This document shows positions 27,577 to 36,837 of a stretch of 64,000 nt of DNA, one piece after another (within the stretch, counting starts at the first letter, position 1; each line of letters begins with the position of its first letter). The notes beneath the pieces were generated by a model that was given only the letters and a program-made list of their open reading frames with translations, searched no databases and was not told where the DNA came from. The stretch is from an uncultured archaeon. GTDB taxonomy: Archaea; Iainarchaeota; Iainarchaeia; JAADDC01. Where the stretch lies: the NCBI GenBank assembly GCA_964486025.1, contig CAZAKL010000002.1, forward strand, positions 2,312 to 66,311, written 5' to 3'. The translations under genes were made by a program, and so were the position numbers.

Positions 27577-29466
27577 TCACCTCAGGCGGAGCACATCGAG
27601 GAGGCGCGGGGCGTAGGATTCTGTCTTTATGGACCTGCCCAGGTCCCGCGCGAGGGAAACGCATTTCTCCTCCTCACCGTGCACGGTAAGGATTCTCGAG
27701 GGTTTCTGCGGGAGGTGGCGGACGAACGCCTCCAGCTGGCGCCTGTCCGAGTGCCCCGAGAAACCGTGGAGTGTTTCTACCTTTGCCGCAACGTGGAGCG
27801 CTTTCATTTTGCCCCCGTTCATCTTAACTGGTATCTCCCGTATGCCCTTCTGGAGTTTTCTACCGAGGGAACCTTCAAACTGGTATCCTACGAGCGCAAT
27901 GGCATTTCTTTCATCCTCTGCTATGCGCTGGAAGTAATCCACTGCGGGGCCCCCTGTGAGGGAACCTGAGGGTGCTATGATGATTGCGGGCCCGCCTTCG
28001 ACAATTTCGTCGCGCTTTGCATATGAATCCACGTATATGAAGTGTTCCATTTCGAAGGGGGAATCGTTGGACAGTATCCTCCTCTGGACGTCGCGTTTCA
28101 GGTACTCCGGATACGCTGTGTATATCGCGGATGCCTCCTTTATCATGCCATCCACGTATATGGGCCAGTCGTAACCATTCCTGCGGTACATGGCCTCCAG
28201 TGTGAGCATAATCTCCTGGGCGCGCCCCACCGCGAACGCCGGGATGAGGAGCTTGCCGCCCTTTTCCATTGTCTCAACGAGCAGTTTCTCGAGGGCTGCT
28301 TCTGTCTCCTTTCTCGGCGGGTGCACGTCATTGCGGCCACCGTACGTTGATTCGATTATTAGCGTCTCCACGCGAGGATACTTCGTGTCTGCAGGGTTGT
28401 GAAGCCGCGAGAATCCAAATTTCAGGTCACCTGTGAACACAATATTGTGGAAGCCCTGCCCAATGTGCATATGAACCGTTGCAGAGCCAAGTATGTGGCC
28501 AGCGTTGTGGAAGGTTATCCTCACGTCCGGGGCAATGTCCGTGACTTCCCCGTAGTTCCTTGTTATTGTCTGGAGCGCAGCCTCCTTCACCCACCTCTCA
28601 GAGTATGGCGGCTCCCTGTTATCCTTTACGAGAACGTCGACGAAATCAAACTGCAGGAGCGCGGAAAGGTCTCTTGTCGGCGGAGTTGCATATATCGGAC
28701 CCTTGTAGCCGAGTTTCACGAGGTAAGGAACCATTCCGGAGTGGTCCAGGTGCGCGTGCGTCACAACTATCGCGTCTATCTCATCCAACGGTATACGAAG
28801 GACGTCGAGCTCGGGGAACATTGCACCGCTGCCCGATACATCCACACCCGCGTCGACGAGTATCTTGCTCTCGGGAGTCTCTACAAGGTACGCGGAGCGG
28901 CCAACGAAGCGTGCTGCGCCGAGGAAGTGAACACGAACCCATTCCTTGGCGCTTTTTTTCGGTCTGTTTATACGTGCGAAGACCTGTTTGTAGAACCTTT
29001 TTCTGTCCTTCACGTGCTTGATGAGGACCTTTCGCACGCCCTTCAGGATGTTACTCTCCATTGCCGGAGCCCGCTGAACGTTTGGTAGCCACCCAATCTG
29101 CTCGACGATTCTCCGGAGCGTTTCACCGCCCTTTCCTATGATTAGGCCGGGTTTCTTTGCCTCTATGAACACGGTGCCGAGCTCAGGAACAAACTCTATG
29201 TTTGTTATGCCCGCCTCTTCGGGAACGGTCGCGAGTATAACCTCCTTCGCGTGCTCAGGGGGTGTAAGTATGGATGAATCGCTGCGTATGTTCACGCGCT
29301 TTTTCAATGCGGCGGCAATCCTTGCAACGGCATCTTCATGGTCCAGGAAGTAGACTGGGTTGCGTGTGTAAATCCCTATTTCAGGCCCTTCGGGCTCTAC
29401 CTTCGTCACGCCTGCTTCCTTGTCAACAATCTCCACTACCCTCTTTAGAAGCTCTTTATCTGCCAA
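27577..29466 (-). CDS. fttA: aCPSF1/FttA, KH-KH-metallo-beta-lactamase-beta-CASP ribonuclease (transcription termination factor)
   Basis: Two N-terminal KH domains, HAHLDHSG MBL motif, and beta-CASP motifs. 629 aa. Confidence 0.9.
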   Translation of the reverse strand: MADKELLKRVVEIVDKEAGVTKVEPEGPEIGIYTRNPVYFLDHEDAVARIAAALKKRVNIRSDSSILTPPEHAKEVILATVPEEAGITNIEFVPELGTVFIEAKKPGLIIGKGGETLRRIVEQIGWLPNVQRAPAMESNILKGVRKVLIKHVKDRKRFYKQVFARINRPKKSAKEWVRVHFLGAARFVGRSAYLVETPESKILVDAGVDVSGSGAMFPELDVLRIPLDEIDAIVVTHAHLDHSGMVPYLVKLGYKGPIYATPPTRDLSALLQFDFVDVLVKDNREPPYSERWVKEAALQTITRNYGEVTDIAPDVRITFHNAGHILGSATVHMHIGQGFHNIVFTGDLKFGFSRLHNPADTKYPRVETLIIESTYGGRNDVHPPRKETEAALEKLLVETMEKGGKLLIPAFAVGRAQEIMLTLEAMYRRNGYDWPIYVDGMIKEASAIYTAYPEYLKRDVQRRILSNDSPFEMEHFIYVDSYAKRDEIVEGGPAIIIAPSGSLTGGPAVDYFQRIAEDERNAIALVGYQFEGSLGRKLQKGIREIPVKMNGGKMKALHVAAKVETLHGFSGHSDRRQLEAFVRHLPQKPSRILTVHGEEEKCVSLARDLGRSIKTESYAPRLLDVLRLR

Positions 29467-29481
29467 TTCTACCCCTCCGTT

Positions 29482-30114
29482 TTACTTGAGGGACTTTTTG
29501 ATTTTTGCGACATCTTCTGGGGTGAGCATGCGCACGCCGCTCTTATCAATGACTGCCACGTCTATGCCCGGCTCCCTGCCGCCTGTAAATGTATTTCTCA
29601 TCCTTGCTGCCTCAACTGCTTGTACTGCCAGCTTGATTGCCTCCTTCTCTGTCATGCCCTCTTTGTAGTTCGCCTCAAGCACACCGTATGCGACGGGGCT
29701 TCCCGAGCCGGTTGCCATTATTGGTTCCGTGTCTGTGACACCGCCGGCCATGTCAACACTTGCAAGGTATGGCTCGCCCTTGTACCCCCCGAGGAGCAGC
29801 TGGACAATGTAGGGAGAAGTGTATTTGTTCTTATTCAGGATGGTGCCGAGATAAATGGCTATTCTGCGAGGGTGAGGCTCTTCCCCTTCCTCTATGGTCA
29901 TGCGTTTTATTCTTGCGCGGAGGAAACGGGTTAGAATCTGCAGGTCTCCAACCATTCCTGCAGTTGTTAATGCCATGTGGTCTGAAATTGGATGAACCTT
30001 CTGCGTGTTCAAATCAGCGGTCAAATCGCCCATGGAAGCCATCTTGTCTGCAGCGAGAACTACGAAGTCTTTACCCTTTATTCCTACCGTTGTAGTGCCT
30101 TTCTTTGCCTCCAT
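29482..30114 (-). CDS. psmB: 20S proteasome beta subunit
   Basis: Propeptide followed by a TTVGIKG N-terminal Thr context. Conserved fttA-psmB adjacency. Confidence 0.9.
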   Translation of the reverse strand: MEAKKGTTTVGIKGKDFVVLAADKMASMGDLTADLNTQKVHPISDHMALTTAGMVGDLQILTRFLRARIKRMTIEEGEEPHPRRIAIYLGTILNKNKYTSPYIVQLLLGGYKGEPYLASVDMAGGVTDTEPIMATGSGSPVAYGVLEANYKEGMTEKEAIKLAVQAVEAARMRNTFTGGREPGIDVAVIDKSGVRMLTPEDVAKIKKSLK

Positions 30115-30186
30115 AAGAACACCTCAGAAAACGACGTATTGATGAAGTGGGGTAATTGTTTTAAACGATGTCTACCATTTCCCCTC

Positions 30187-30708
30187 ATGATTCTCGGCAG
30201 GAAGGCGATACTCGAACTCATGGAGCGTGGAGATATCCGTATAGACCCTTTTAACGATAAAGCCCTTGGTCCTGCATCATATGACCTTGCGCTGAGTTCG
30301 AAATTCCGCATATTCGATCATTACGACGAGTTTATCGATATACGGGACGATGCCTTTGATCCTGCCGTTTATGGGAGCCTTGTAGATACGGGGGGTGGCC
30401 CAATAGAGATTCAACCGGGCCAGCTTGTCCTTGGGATGAGTGCCGAGCGGATTACCCTGTCAGAGAATGTTATGGGGTGGATTTCGGGCCGCTCCCGCTT
30501 CGCACGCATTGGTCTCCTTGTCCACGTCTCTTCGAATCTCATTCAGCCGGGCGTTTCCAACCACCAGATATTCGAAATTGTTAACCTCTCCCCCCGTCCC
30601 ATACGTCTCTGGCCAGGGGTTAGGATAGCACAGGTGGTGTTTGAGGAGGTAAAAGAAGCAGAGGAGGGGCCTGTGGACAGGCGTTACTTCACTCAGGATT
30701 CTCCTTAG
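30187..30708 (+). CDS. dcd: dCTP deaminase / dUTPase-fold protein
   Basis: MILGRKAILELMERGDIRIDPF N-terminus, trimeric dUTPase-like fold motifs. 173 aa. Confidence 0.75.
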   Translation: MILGRKAILELMERGDIRIDPFNDKALGPASYDLALSSKFRIFDHYDEFIDIRDDAFDPAVYGSLVDTGGGPIEIQPGQLVLGMSAERITLSENVMGWISGRSRFARIGLLVHVSSNLIQPGVSNHQIFEIVNLSPRPIRLWPGVRIAQVVFEEVKEAEEGPVDRRYFTQDSP

Positions 30709-31327
30709 CTTCTTTCCTGATGTATCGTTCCGTTATTCTGACTTCCTTTATGTCCGGCAGTGTTTTCAGCAGCGTTGCGACGTAGAGGAGCTTCTGCATG
30801 TTCTTGTCCTTGGTGTCCTTTGGCTGGTAGACGACCTCCAGTATTCCGTCCTTGAATACAACGCCGTCCAGCTTTGTCCTCATGTATCTACGGAAGAGCG
30901 CCTCTGCAATTTCCTCAACGTCCTTCAACTCTGCGAGGACCTTCACCCTGTATATGACGGTCTTGCCCGCCAGTTCGTGGTTGAAGTCCACCTGCACCCG
31001 GCCACCGGACACAGAGAGCACGCGGCCGGGACGCCCGTCCGCCTCTATAACGAGGCCAGGAACCGGGACGATGCCCCTCTTGCGGAACTCCTTCTCGGGA
31101 ATGATTGCAATGAGCTCCTTCTTTCTCTCCCCGAACGCCTTCTCGGGGGGCAGCTCTATCTCGCGCTCCTCACCTTCTTTCATTTCTTCCAGAGCCTCTG
31201 CGAGGCCGGGAATAAGCGAGTCCTCACCGAGGATGACAGCATACGGCTCTTCCTCTTCTACCTTGTCAAAGACTCTCCCAGTATCCTTTTCCCTTCCCTC
31301 GTAGGCGATTAGCAGAACTCTTGCCAT
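30689..31327 (-). CDS. FKBP-type peptidyl-prolyl cis-trans isomerase (long type with IF and C-terminal domains)
   Basis: FKBP core (GRVFDK...ILGEDSLIPGLAEALEEMKEGE) with a chaperone-type extension. The ATG at 31327 is preferred. Confidence 0.8.
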   Translation of the reverse strand: MARVLLIAYEGREKDTGRVFDKVEEEEPYAVILGEDSLIPGLAEALEEMKEGEEREIELPPEKAFGERKKELIAIIPEKEFRKRGIVPVPGLVIEADGRPGRVLSVSGGRVQVDFNHELAGKTVIYRVKVLAELKDVEEIAEALFRRYMRTKLDGVVFKDGILEVVYQPKDTKDKNMQKLLYVATLLKTLPDIKEVRITERYIRKEAKENPE

Positions 31328-31365
31328 AATACTCACCTTAAAACGTTTTGACTAAGCATACTTAC

Positions 31366-31851
31366 ATGGAAAGGAATAAAATGGTTGGTTTGATTATCGC
31401 TTTGACCATTGCTTTCTCCTCTGCGGCCATATTCGTCTATGCTCCTTCTGTTCCTCGCCCCATCGGGCCAGGGACGTACAATGGAAAGGCATTCGGTAGA
31501 ATCGTGCGCTTTGTCGATGAGCAGTGGGCGCTGGTTTCCCCCGAAGACACAAACGGTCTTTCTGTCGTCTCCTCTAATCCCCCCTTCGTGTTCATCGCTC
31601 CCGGCGACGTGAATGAGACGGCAAGAATCCTTGCAGAGCGCGGCATTGTCTGGTACCGCGATGCCGTGGTCGAGCTGAATGGGATAGAAATTGACGGCCG
31701 CCGCCTCGATCTCAACGTCTACGGCTTCGTCCTGCCAACGCACGAGCTTGGCGACGTCGTTCCAGTACAGTGGCAGGTTACGATAAACGAGGACGGGTCG
31801 TATACAGCCATCGCTCAGGAGGTTGTTACGGAGGCGGCTGTCAGCCCATGA
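31366..31851 (+). CDS. secreted hypothetical protein
   Basis: Signal peptide MVGLIIALTIAFSSAAIFVYA. Confidence 0.45.
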   Translation: MERNKMVGLIIALTIAFSSAAIFVYAPSVPRPIGPGTYNGKAFGRIVRFVDEQWALVSPEDTNGLSVVSSNPPFVFIAPGDVNETARILAERGIVWYRDAVVELNGIEIDGRRLDLNVYGFVLPTHELGDVVPVQWQVTINEDGSYTAIAQEVVTEAAVSP

Positions 31852-32158
31852 GCTTCAGTATTGCCTCCGCGATGTCTCCGTTAGCTTCTTTCAACGCCTT
31901 TACCGCCTCTTCTCTTGACGCCCCCGTCTTCTGCATAACGAGCTCTATATCCTCCTCCTTGATGTCTTCCTCCACCTTCGGCGTCCCAATAATCTGGTAG
32001 GCCGCCTGCCCCTGCATCACCGTTTTCATAACCTGTGGTTCTTCAAAAACGAGCTTTGTCCCGTCTTCCTGCTCAATAACTACGCGCTTCGCCTTTATCT
32101 CCTCAACTTTCAGCCCCATGCGCTGTAGCATCTTCATGGCGTTCTTGTCGAAGTACAT
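31841..32158 (-). CDS. nac: nascent polypeptide-associated complex protein (alpha-NAC) with UBA domain
   Basis: NAC domain MKMLQRMGLKVEEI...VMQGQAAYQIIG and a C-terminal UBA (EEDIELVMQKTGASREEAVKALKEANGDIAEAI). Confidence 0.8.
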   Translation of the reverse strand: MYFDKNAMKMLQRMGLKVEEIKAKRVVIEQEDGTKLVFEEPQVMKTVMQGQAAYQIIGTPKVEEDIKEEDIELVMQKTGASREEAVKALKEANGDIAEAILKLMG

Positions 32159-32187
32159 GATTTGATGATGAGAAGAAGATGTTAAAA

Positions 32188-33123
32188 TCAGGACCGGGTA
32201 ATGTTCAGGTCGCAGCAACCCTTTGTGTCCAGCGGCCTACAGTCCACCACGATTTCTGCCATGAATGGGTTATTTCCCACGTATTTAACCACGTTGTTTT
32301 CGTATCTGAACAGCCCGTTCAGTTCCTCTGAAACGTGCGTGCACAGCTTCATTGCAACCATCATTTCCACTGCTGTCACGTTCAGATCTTCCCCCGGCAG
32401 AAACACCATGCTAGCTTGAGTGATGCCTACGCCTATTGCTACCTTTACTTCGCCCGCTACGGCGTCTTCCATGCTGCTTGGGTGCGGGACGTACGGCTTA
32501 TGGGGAGCTGCGTTCATCGCGTAGATGGCTGCCGCGTAAATGATGGCTATCCCTACTGCAGCGGCTGTTGCAATTTTTACTGCCCTATTATCTACCTTGA
32601 ACGCAAATACCATTCCAATGATCCCCGGAATCAGCCCTAGAATATAGATGATCGTCCCCATTCCTCTGAAGATCCAGAGTGCAGCGAGTGAGATGGTGAT
32701 TGATGCCATGTTTGCAGCCACCGACACAACAACGGCGTCCCTTCTCCTCATTCCTGCCTGCTCGAACACCCATGCCTCTATTGCAATCGCTGCAAGCTCT
32801 GCCACAGCCTTTGCGGCTAGGAACTGCCAGGTGATCTGGTTTCCTCCGAAGAACATCATTCCAAGGAACGGTACGAGCATAACAATCGGCACGCTTATCG
32901 CGTTGGCTGCGCACACGCATTTCCACAAGTCTTTCGTCTGCCGCTGTTTCCATCTCGCCAGCGCCAGCACAACGGGGAGTTCAATTATGATGTTCATTCC
33001 CACGATCGCGAGGTATGCCCAGAACACGAAAACTCCGATTTCGGGACCAACCACGATGTCCGCGTGTGCGAGTGGGATCGCAAGAATCGCCGCGAGCACC
33101 ATTGCGAGGTACTTGTTCTCCAT
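32188..33123 (-). CDS. polytopic membrane protein (about 9 TM), hypothetical
   Basis: 311 aa, hydrophobic throughout. Confidence 0.55.
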   Translation of the reverse strand: MENKYLAMVLAAILAIPLAHADIVVGPEIGVFVFWAYLAIVGMNIIIELPVVLALARWKQRQTKDLWKCVCAANAISVPIVMLVPFLGMMFFGGNQITWQFLAAKAVAELAAIAIEAWVFEQAGMRRRDAVVVSVAANMASITISLAALWIFRGMGTIIYILGLIPGIIGMVFAFKVDNRAVKIATAAAVGIAIIYAAAIYAMNAAPHKPYVPHPSSMEDAVAGEVKVAIGVGITQASMVFLPGEDLNVTAVEMMVAMKLCTHVSEELNGLFRYENNVVKYVGNNPFMAEIVVDCRPLDTKGCCDLNITRS

Positions 33124-33186
33124 GTAGTTTGTTAATTTTTCCCTCCTTTATATTCGTTGCTTCTCGCGAGCCAGGAGAACTTGAAG

Positions 33187-33297
33187 TGGGGCCGCGGGGA
33201 TTTGAACCCCGGACCTTCGGTTTTCCTCAACCCGTGGCAGTGTTGCCAGAGCGGGTCTTATAAGACCGACGCTCTGACCAGGCTGAGCTACGGCCCC
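33187..33297 (-). tRNA. intron-containing tRNA, anticodon UAU (tRNA-Ile, AUA-decoding) as read by hand
   Basis: Acceptor GGGGCCG/CGGCCCC with A73. D-arm GCTC-AGCCTGGTCA-GAGC. Anticodon stem TCGGT/ACCGA with loop CUUAUAA. A roughly 36-nt intron sits at the canonical 37/38 position. T-arm CGGGG-TTCAAAT-CCCCG. No encoded CCA. Confidence 0.75.
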
Positions 33298-33334
33298 GTC
33301 TGCAAAAGAGTAATATAGAGAAAGTTAAAAAGGG

Positions 33335-33988
33335 TTAGATATTTAGTTCCTCTCCCGGCGCTAGGATTTCTACCCTCGCCGTCTCCCCCACGAGCTGCTT
33401 GAACTCCTCTGGGTTCTGGCGAATCGGCGGGAACGTGTTGTAGTGCATCGGGACGACGATTCTGGGTTTGAGCAACTCCACAGCCTTCGCAGCCTCCCTT
33501 GGGCCCATTGTGAAGTAGCCGCCGATGGGCAGAAGCGCCACGTCTATTGGTCCGTAGAGTTCGCTGAGGAGTGCCATGTCGCCGAATACGAAGGTGTCTC
33601 CGGCATGGTATACCGTTTTTCCGTCCATTTTTACGATGTATCCCGCCGCGTTTCCGATTTCCTGCCCATTCATGGACGAAGAGTGCCAGGCGGGTACCAT
33701 GACGATGTCCACTCCCTCAATTCTCGCCGGCCCATAGTTCATGCCGTAGACGTTGACGCCGCGCAGGTGCTGGGCAATGTCGTACATGCATACAACGGGG
33801 GCGTTGAATCGCTTCGAGAGCTCTACTGCGTCCCCCATGTGGTCACCGTGCGCGTGGGTCACGAGGATGATGTCAGGTTTCCCCTCAAGCTCTGCTGCCA
33901 TTGGGTTACCGGTTAGGAAGGGGTCTATGACGACATTCTTCGACCCCATAATCTGGAAAGCGGCATGCCCGAGATACCTTATCTTCAT
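33335..33988 (-). CDS. metallo-beta-lactamase-fold hydrolase (UPF0173 family)
   Basis: HAHGDH motif. 217 aa. Confidence 0.8.
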   Translation of the reverse strand: MKIRYLGHAAFQIMGSKNVVIDPFLTGNPMAAELEGKPDIILVTHAHGDHMGDAVELSKRFNAPVVCMYDIAQHLRGVNVYGMNYGPARIEGVDIVMVPAWHSSSMNGQEIGNAAGYIVKMDGKTVYHAGDTFVFGDMALLSELYGPIDVALLPIGGYFTMGPREAAKAVELLKPRIVVPMHYNTFPPIRQNPEEFKQLVGETARVEILAPGEELNI

Positions 33989-35376
33989 GCTCTCACCCCC
34001 TCACAGATTTCCTTGGGCGGGAACGACAGCATCTTACAGAGCACATTGGCAATGTCCTGTATCCGTGGGTCCAGAACGTACCACCCGTTTATTATTGCAA
34101 GCGTTTGCCCAACGCCTGACCTCGCACTGTCCTGCACGAAGAAAGACACAATCTGGTTTGCGGAAGACGAGTAGCACGTCTTCACCCTGTCCACGTTAAT
34201 GTTTGCGTCCTCCGCAGCGGTTTCGATGCAGGATTCTGTGGCTCCGCATTCCCTGAATGAAAGCGCAAAGCTGGTCCATTTCATAGGCCCGCCGTTCAGG
34301 TATGCGCAGTACTCCGCGACCATTTCCCGCAGCCCTGTGTCGCCCCCCGGGATTATTGGCTTTCCCGATGCGTCAAAGCGAACAATGTAGTGCGGATTAA
34401 CTGTTATTCTGCCGTCTGCCGCGTATAGTATTCTGTTGAGCTCCTCAAGCAATGGTTCAGCGTTCTCTGCAAGGTATACATCCACCGTGGCGGTTTCATC
34501 CCTTGTCAGCACCACTCCGTCTGGGTAGTATTTGCTGCCCGGGAAGAGCTCTGCGACTATGTCCGGATAGTCTGTCACTATTTTTGCAAGCACATACTCC
34601 CCGTATTGAACTATGTTCACATCTGCGGGTATTCCAGCCCTCTCGAGGCGTGCCTTCACTGCTTCTGCAAAGTCCGGGCGGGAGAGCACCGTTGCCCGCA
34701 TCTTTGGCACTTCCAGAACACCGTCGGCTATCCTGGACAGCGGATAGTACTGTGCCACGGTCTTCACAATCTCCGGCGTTGCCTCTACGAGAATGTAATA
34801 ATCGTTTGTCTCGTGCTCGGTTACAATAACGTTGTCCGCTGCCAGGTAGAGGATGGATTTGAGCCTGTCCACATTCACATTTTTATCGGCGTAGAGCGTT
34901 ACCTTCGTTTCTCCCTTTCCGGGCACGTAGCGGCGCGTCGGCCAGAGGGGCCGGAGTGCGTAGTAGTTCCTGAGCTCAATGATGTTCGTGCGTATCCCTC
35001 CCCTTTGGCTCAGGGCTTTGTTCAGGTCTTCGAAAAACTTCGTGCCCTTTACGTCTTTTGTCATGAGGATAAGTGGAACAACGTTCACATTCTCCTCGCG
35101 GAGCCTCGCGTATATCTCCTTGCCGATTCCCCTGTACACGCTTGTCTTTACGATGCGGACGCCCGACGTGTCGGCGTTGTTCTCAATGAAGCTGACAAAC
35201 TGCTCAAAGGGAGCCGAGCAGATGTCGCATTTTTCATCAGACAGTACGTATACTGTCTTTGAGCTTTTTTCGACTCCGCTCGGCACGTGTCCACCGAAAT
35301 ACGCTGCAAAGGCCAACCCCAAAATGAATCCGATTACGACGAAGACAATTCCTGAGACGTTTTTGTTTTTGGACAT
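33985..35376 (-). CDS. membrane-anchored extracytoplasmic protein with N-terminal thioredoxin-like CxxC domain and C-terminal DsbA-like domain (paralog 1)
   Basis: N-terminal TM; DEKCDICS CxxC motif; segment VNVVPLI...YYALRPLWPTRRY shared with paralog 2; C-terminal ...GVGQTLAIINGWY resembles the DsbA cis-Pro region. Confidence 0.5.
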   Translation of the reverse strand: MSKNKNVSGIVFVVIGFILGLAFAAYFGGHVPSGVEKSSKTVYVLSDEKCDICSAPFEQFVSFIENNADTSGVRIVKTSVYRGIGKEIYARLREENVNVVPLILMTKDVKGTKFFEDLNKALSQRGGIRTNIIELRNYYALRPLWPTRRYVPGKGETKVTLYADKNVNVDRLKSILYLAADNVIVTEHETNDYYILVEATPEIVKTVAQYYPLSRIADGVLEVPKMRATVLSRPDFAEAVKARLERAGIPADVNIVQYGEYVLAKIVTDYPDIVAELFPGSKYYPDGVVLTRDETATVDVYLAENAEPLLEELNRILYAADGRITVNPHYIVRFDASGKPIIPGGDTGLREMVAEYCAYLNGGPMKWTSFALSFRECGATESCIETAAEDANINVDRVKTCYSSSANQIVSFFVQDSARSGVGQTLAIINGWYVLDPRIQDIANVLCKMLSFPPKEICEGVRA

Positions 35377-35410
35377 AAAAAGAAAGAGGGGCGTTTGTTG
35401 TTAAAAGCCC

Positions 35411-36781
35411 TTAACCACAGCTGCCAGATGCGGCGCTCGCCTGGAGTTCCGTTTCACAGGCGCCCTCTGGCGGATTCTTCATGAATGCGCAGACGAGTTC
35501 AGGGAATTTCGAGTTTCTCACGTCTGCCTTGAACCAGCCATCGATGAGCGTCGTTGGGGAGCCGGTAACTCCCTTCGCTGCGCTTATGGCAGCCTCCCGT
35601 GCCGCGATACTGTTGAACTCCGTGTCGTAGCACTGCTTTATTGCATTAACGTCAAGGTTCATGTCCTTCGCCACGCCCTCCCAGCAGCTGTCGGCGTTGC
35701 TGGCGCTACAATTCTTGTTTATTGCAAGAACGAAGTCCAGCCACGCATCCTCTCCGAAAAGCTTGTAGACACAGGCCTCTCTGATGTCCTGATGGAGCTC
35801 CTGGTCTCCGTGCAGCGAACGGAATTGGTTGTTGCCGAGGTCAGATATAATGTAGTGCGGTACAATGTGTATGCGGTCCCCGAAGGTCTCCTTTAGCTGC
35901 GGTATTAGCCCTTCGGCCTGATTCCCGAATGGGCAGAAGCTCATTACGTAGAGCTCAACGTCTACCGTTTCCTTCTTCGGGACGAGGAGCGCATTGCCTT
36001 CAACCATTGCCCCGCTGAACGCTGTTTTCATGGAATCTATGAGTGTCTTCGGTCCCTCGAGCTTGAGTACGTAGTCTTTGCTGGGTTCCTCTTCAATAAT
36101 CTTTGCGTTCTCGACTGTCTGGTAGACGTATGGTGCTATAATTGAGCGAATCGTGTCCGTTGCCCATATCCTAACGGGGGTTTCTGGTTTGTTGGGGTCG
36201 TACTTCCTGGTTGGCCAGTCGGGAAGGAGGATGTAGTACTTGTCTGCTTTCAGGAGGACTCTCTGTGCGCCGCCGTACTGGGCGAGCATTTTGTCAAGCG
36301 TCTTGTAGAACGCGGTATCTTCTATGTTTCCCTCGAGAACGATGAGCGGGACTACGTTGATGTTGTTTTCCAACAGCACGTTGTAGATTTTCCTACCTTC
36401 GTCGCTCTGCACGCTAACCTCTTCCCTCGGTATGCTCGCGAACTGGAAACGGTCGTCAAGTATGGAGACAACCTGCTTCATTGTATCGCCGCAGCTGTTG
36501 CAGCCATCGTCCATAAGCAGTATTGCTCTGGTTGTGTTCTGGGTGCCTTCCGGTGCGCCGGCACTTGTGTTCGCTACAAAGTAGCCCACTCCGATTCCAA
36601 GGAGCAGCACGGCTAGCACAACCCCTATGAACGGCCAGTAATTCTTTGGAACTGTTTTTGCCGTCTTTTCAACATTGTCCGCTTTCATCTCCTCAGCTTT
36701 CTTCTTCTTTGCAGTTTTTTCCACGTGCTCTTTCTTTGGGGCAGCTGATTTGCGCGAGCTCTTTCTTGGCATACTTACCAC
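35411..36781 (-). CDS. paralog 2 of the membrane-anchored double thioredoxin-fold protein
   Basis: Lys-rich cytoplasmic tail and TM; DDGCNSCGD CxxC motif; INVVPLI...YYILLPDWPTRKY; SFCPFG; GVTGSPTTLIDGWF DsbA-like motif. Similar to the upstream gene over the full length. Confidence 0.5.
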   Translation of the reverse strand: MVSMPRKSSRKSAAPKKEHVEKTAKKKKAEEMKADNVEKTAKTVPKNYWPFIGVVLAVLLLGIGVGYFVANTSAGAPEGTQNTTRAILLMDDGCNSCGDTMKQVVSILDDRFQFASIPREEVSVQSDEGRKIYNVLLENNINVVPLIVLEGNIEDTAFYKTLDKMLAQYGGAQRVLLKADKYYILLPDWPTRKYDPNKPETPVRIWATDTIRSIIAPYVYQTVENAKIIEEEPSKDYVLKLEGPKTLIDSMKTAFSGAMVEGNALLVPKKETVDVELYVMSFCPFGNQAEGLIPQLKETFGDRIHIVPHYIISDLGNNQFRSLHGDQELHQDIREACVYKLFGEDAWLDFVLAINKNCSASNADSCWEGVAKDMNLDVNAIKQCYDTEFNSIAAREAAISAAKGVTGSPTTLIDGWFKADVRNSKFPELVCAFMKNPPEGACETELQASAASGSCG

Positions 36782-36837
36782 CTGTTCTATTGAGTTGTCT
36801 GGAACATCTTATTAACATATTTTGCCGATTTTTCACC

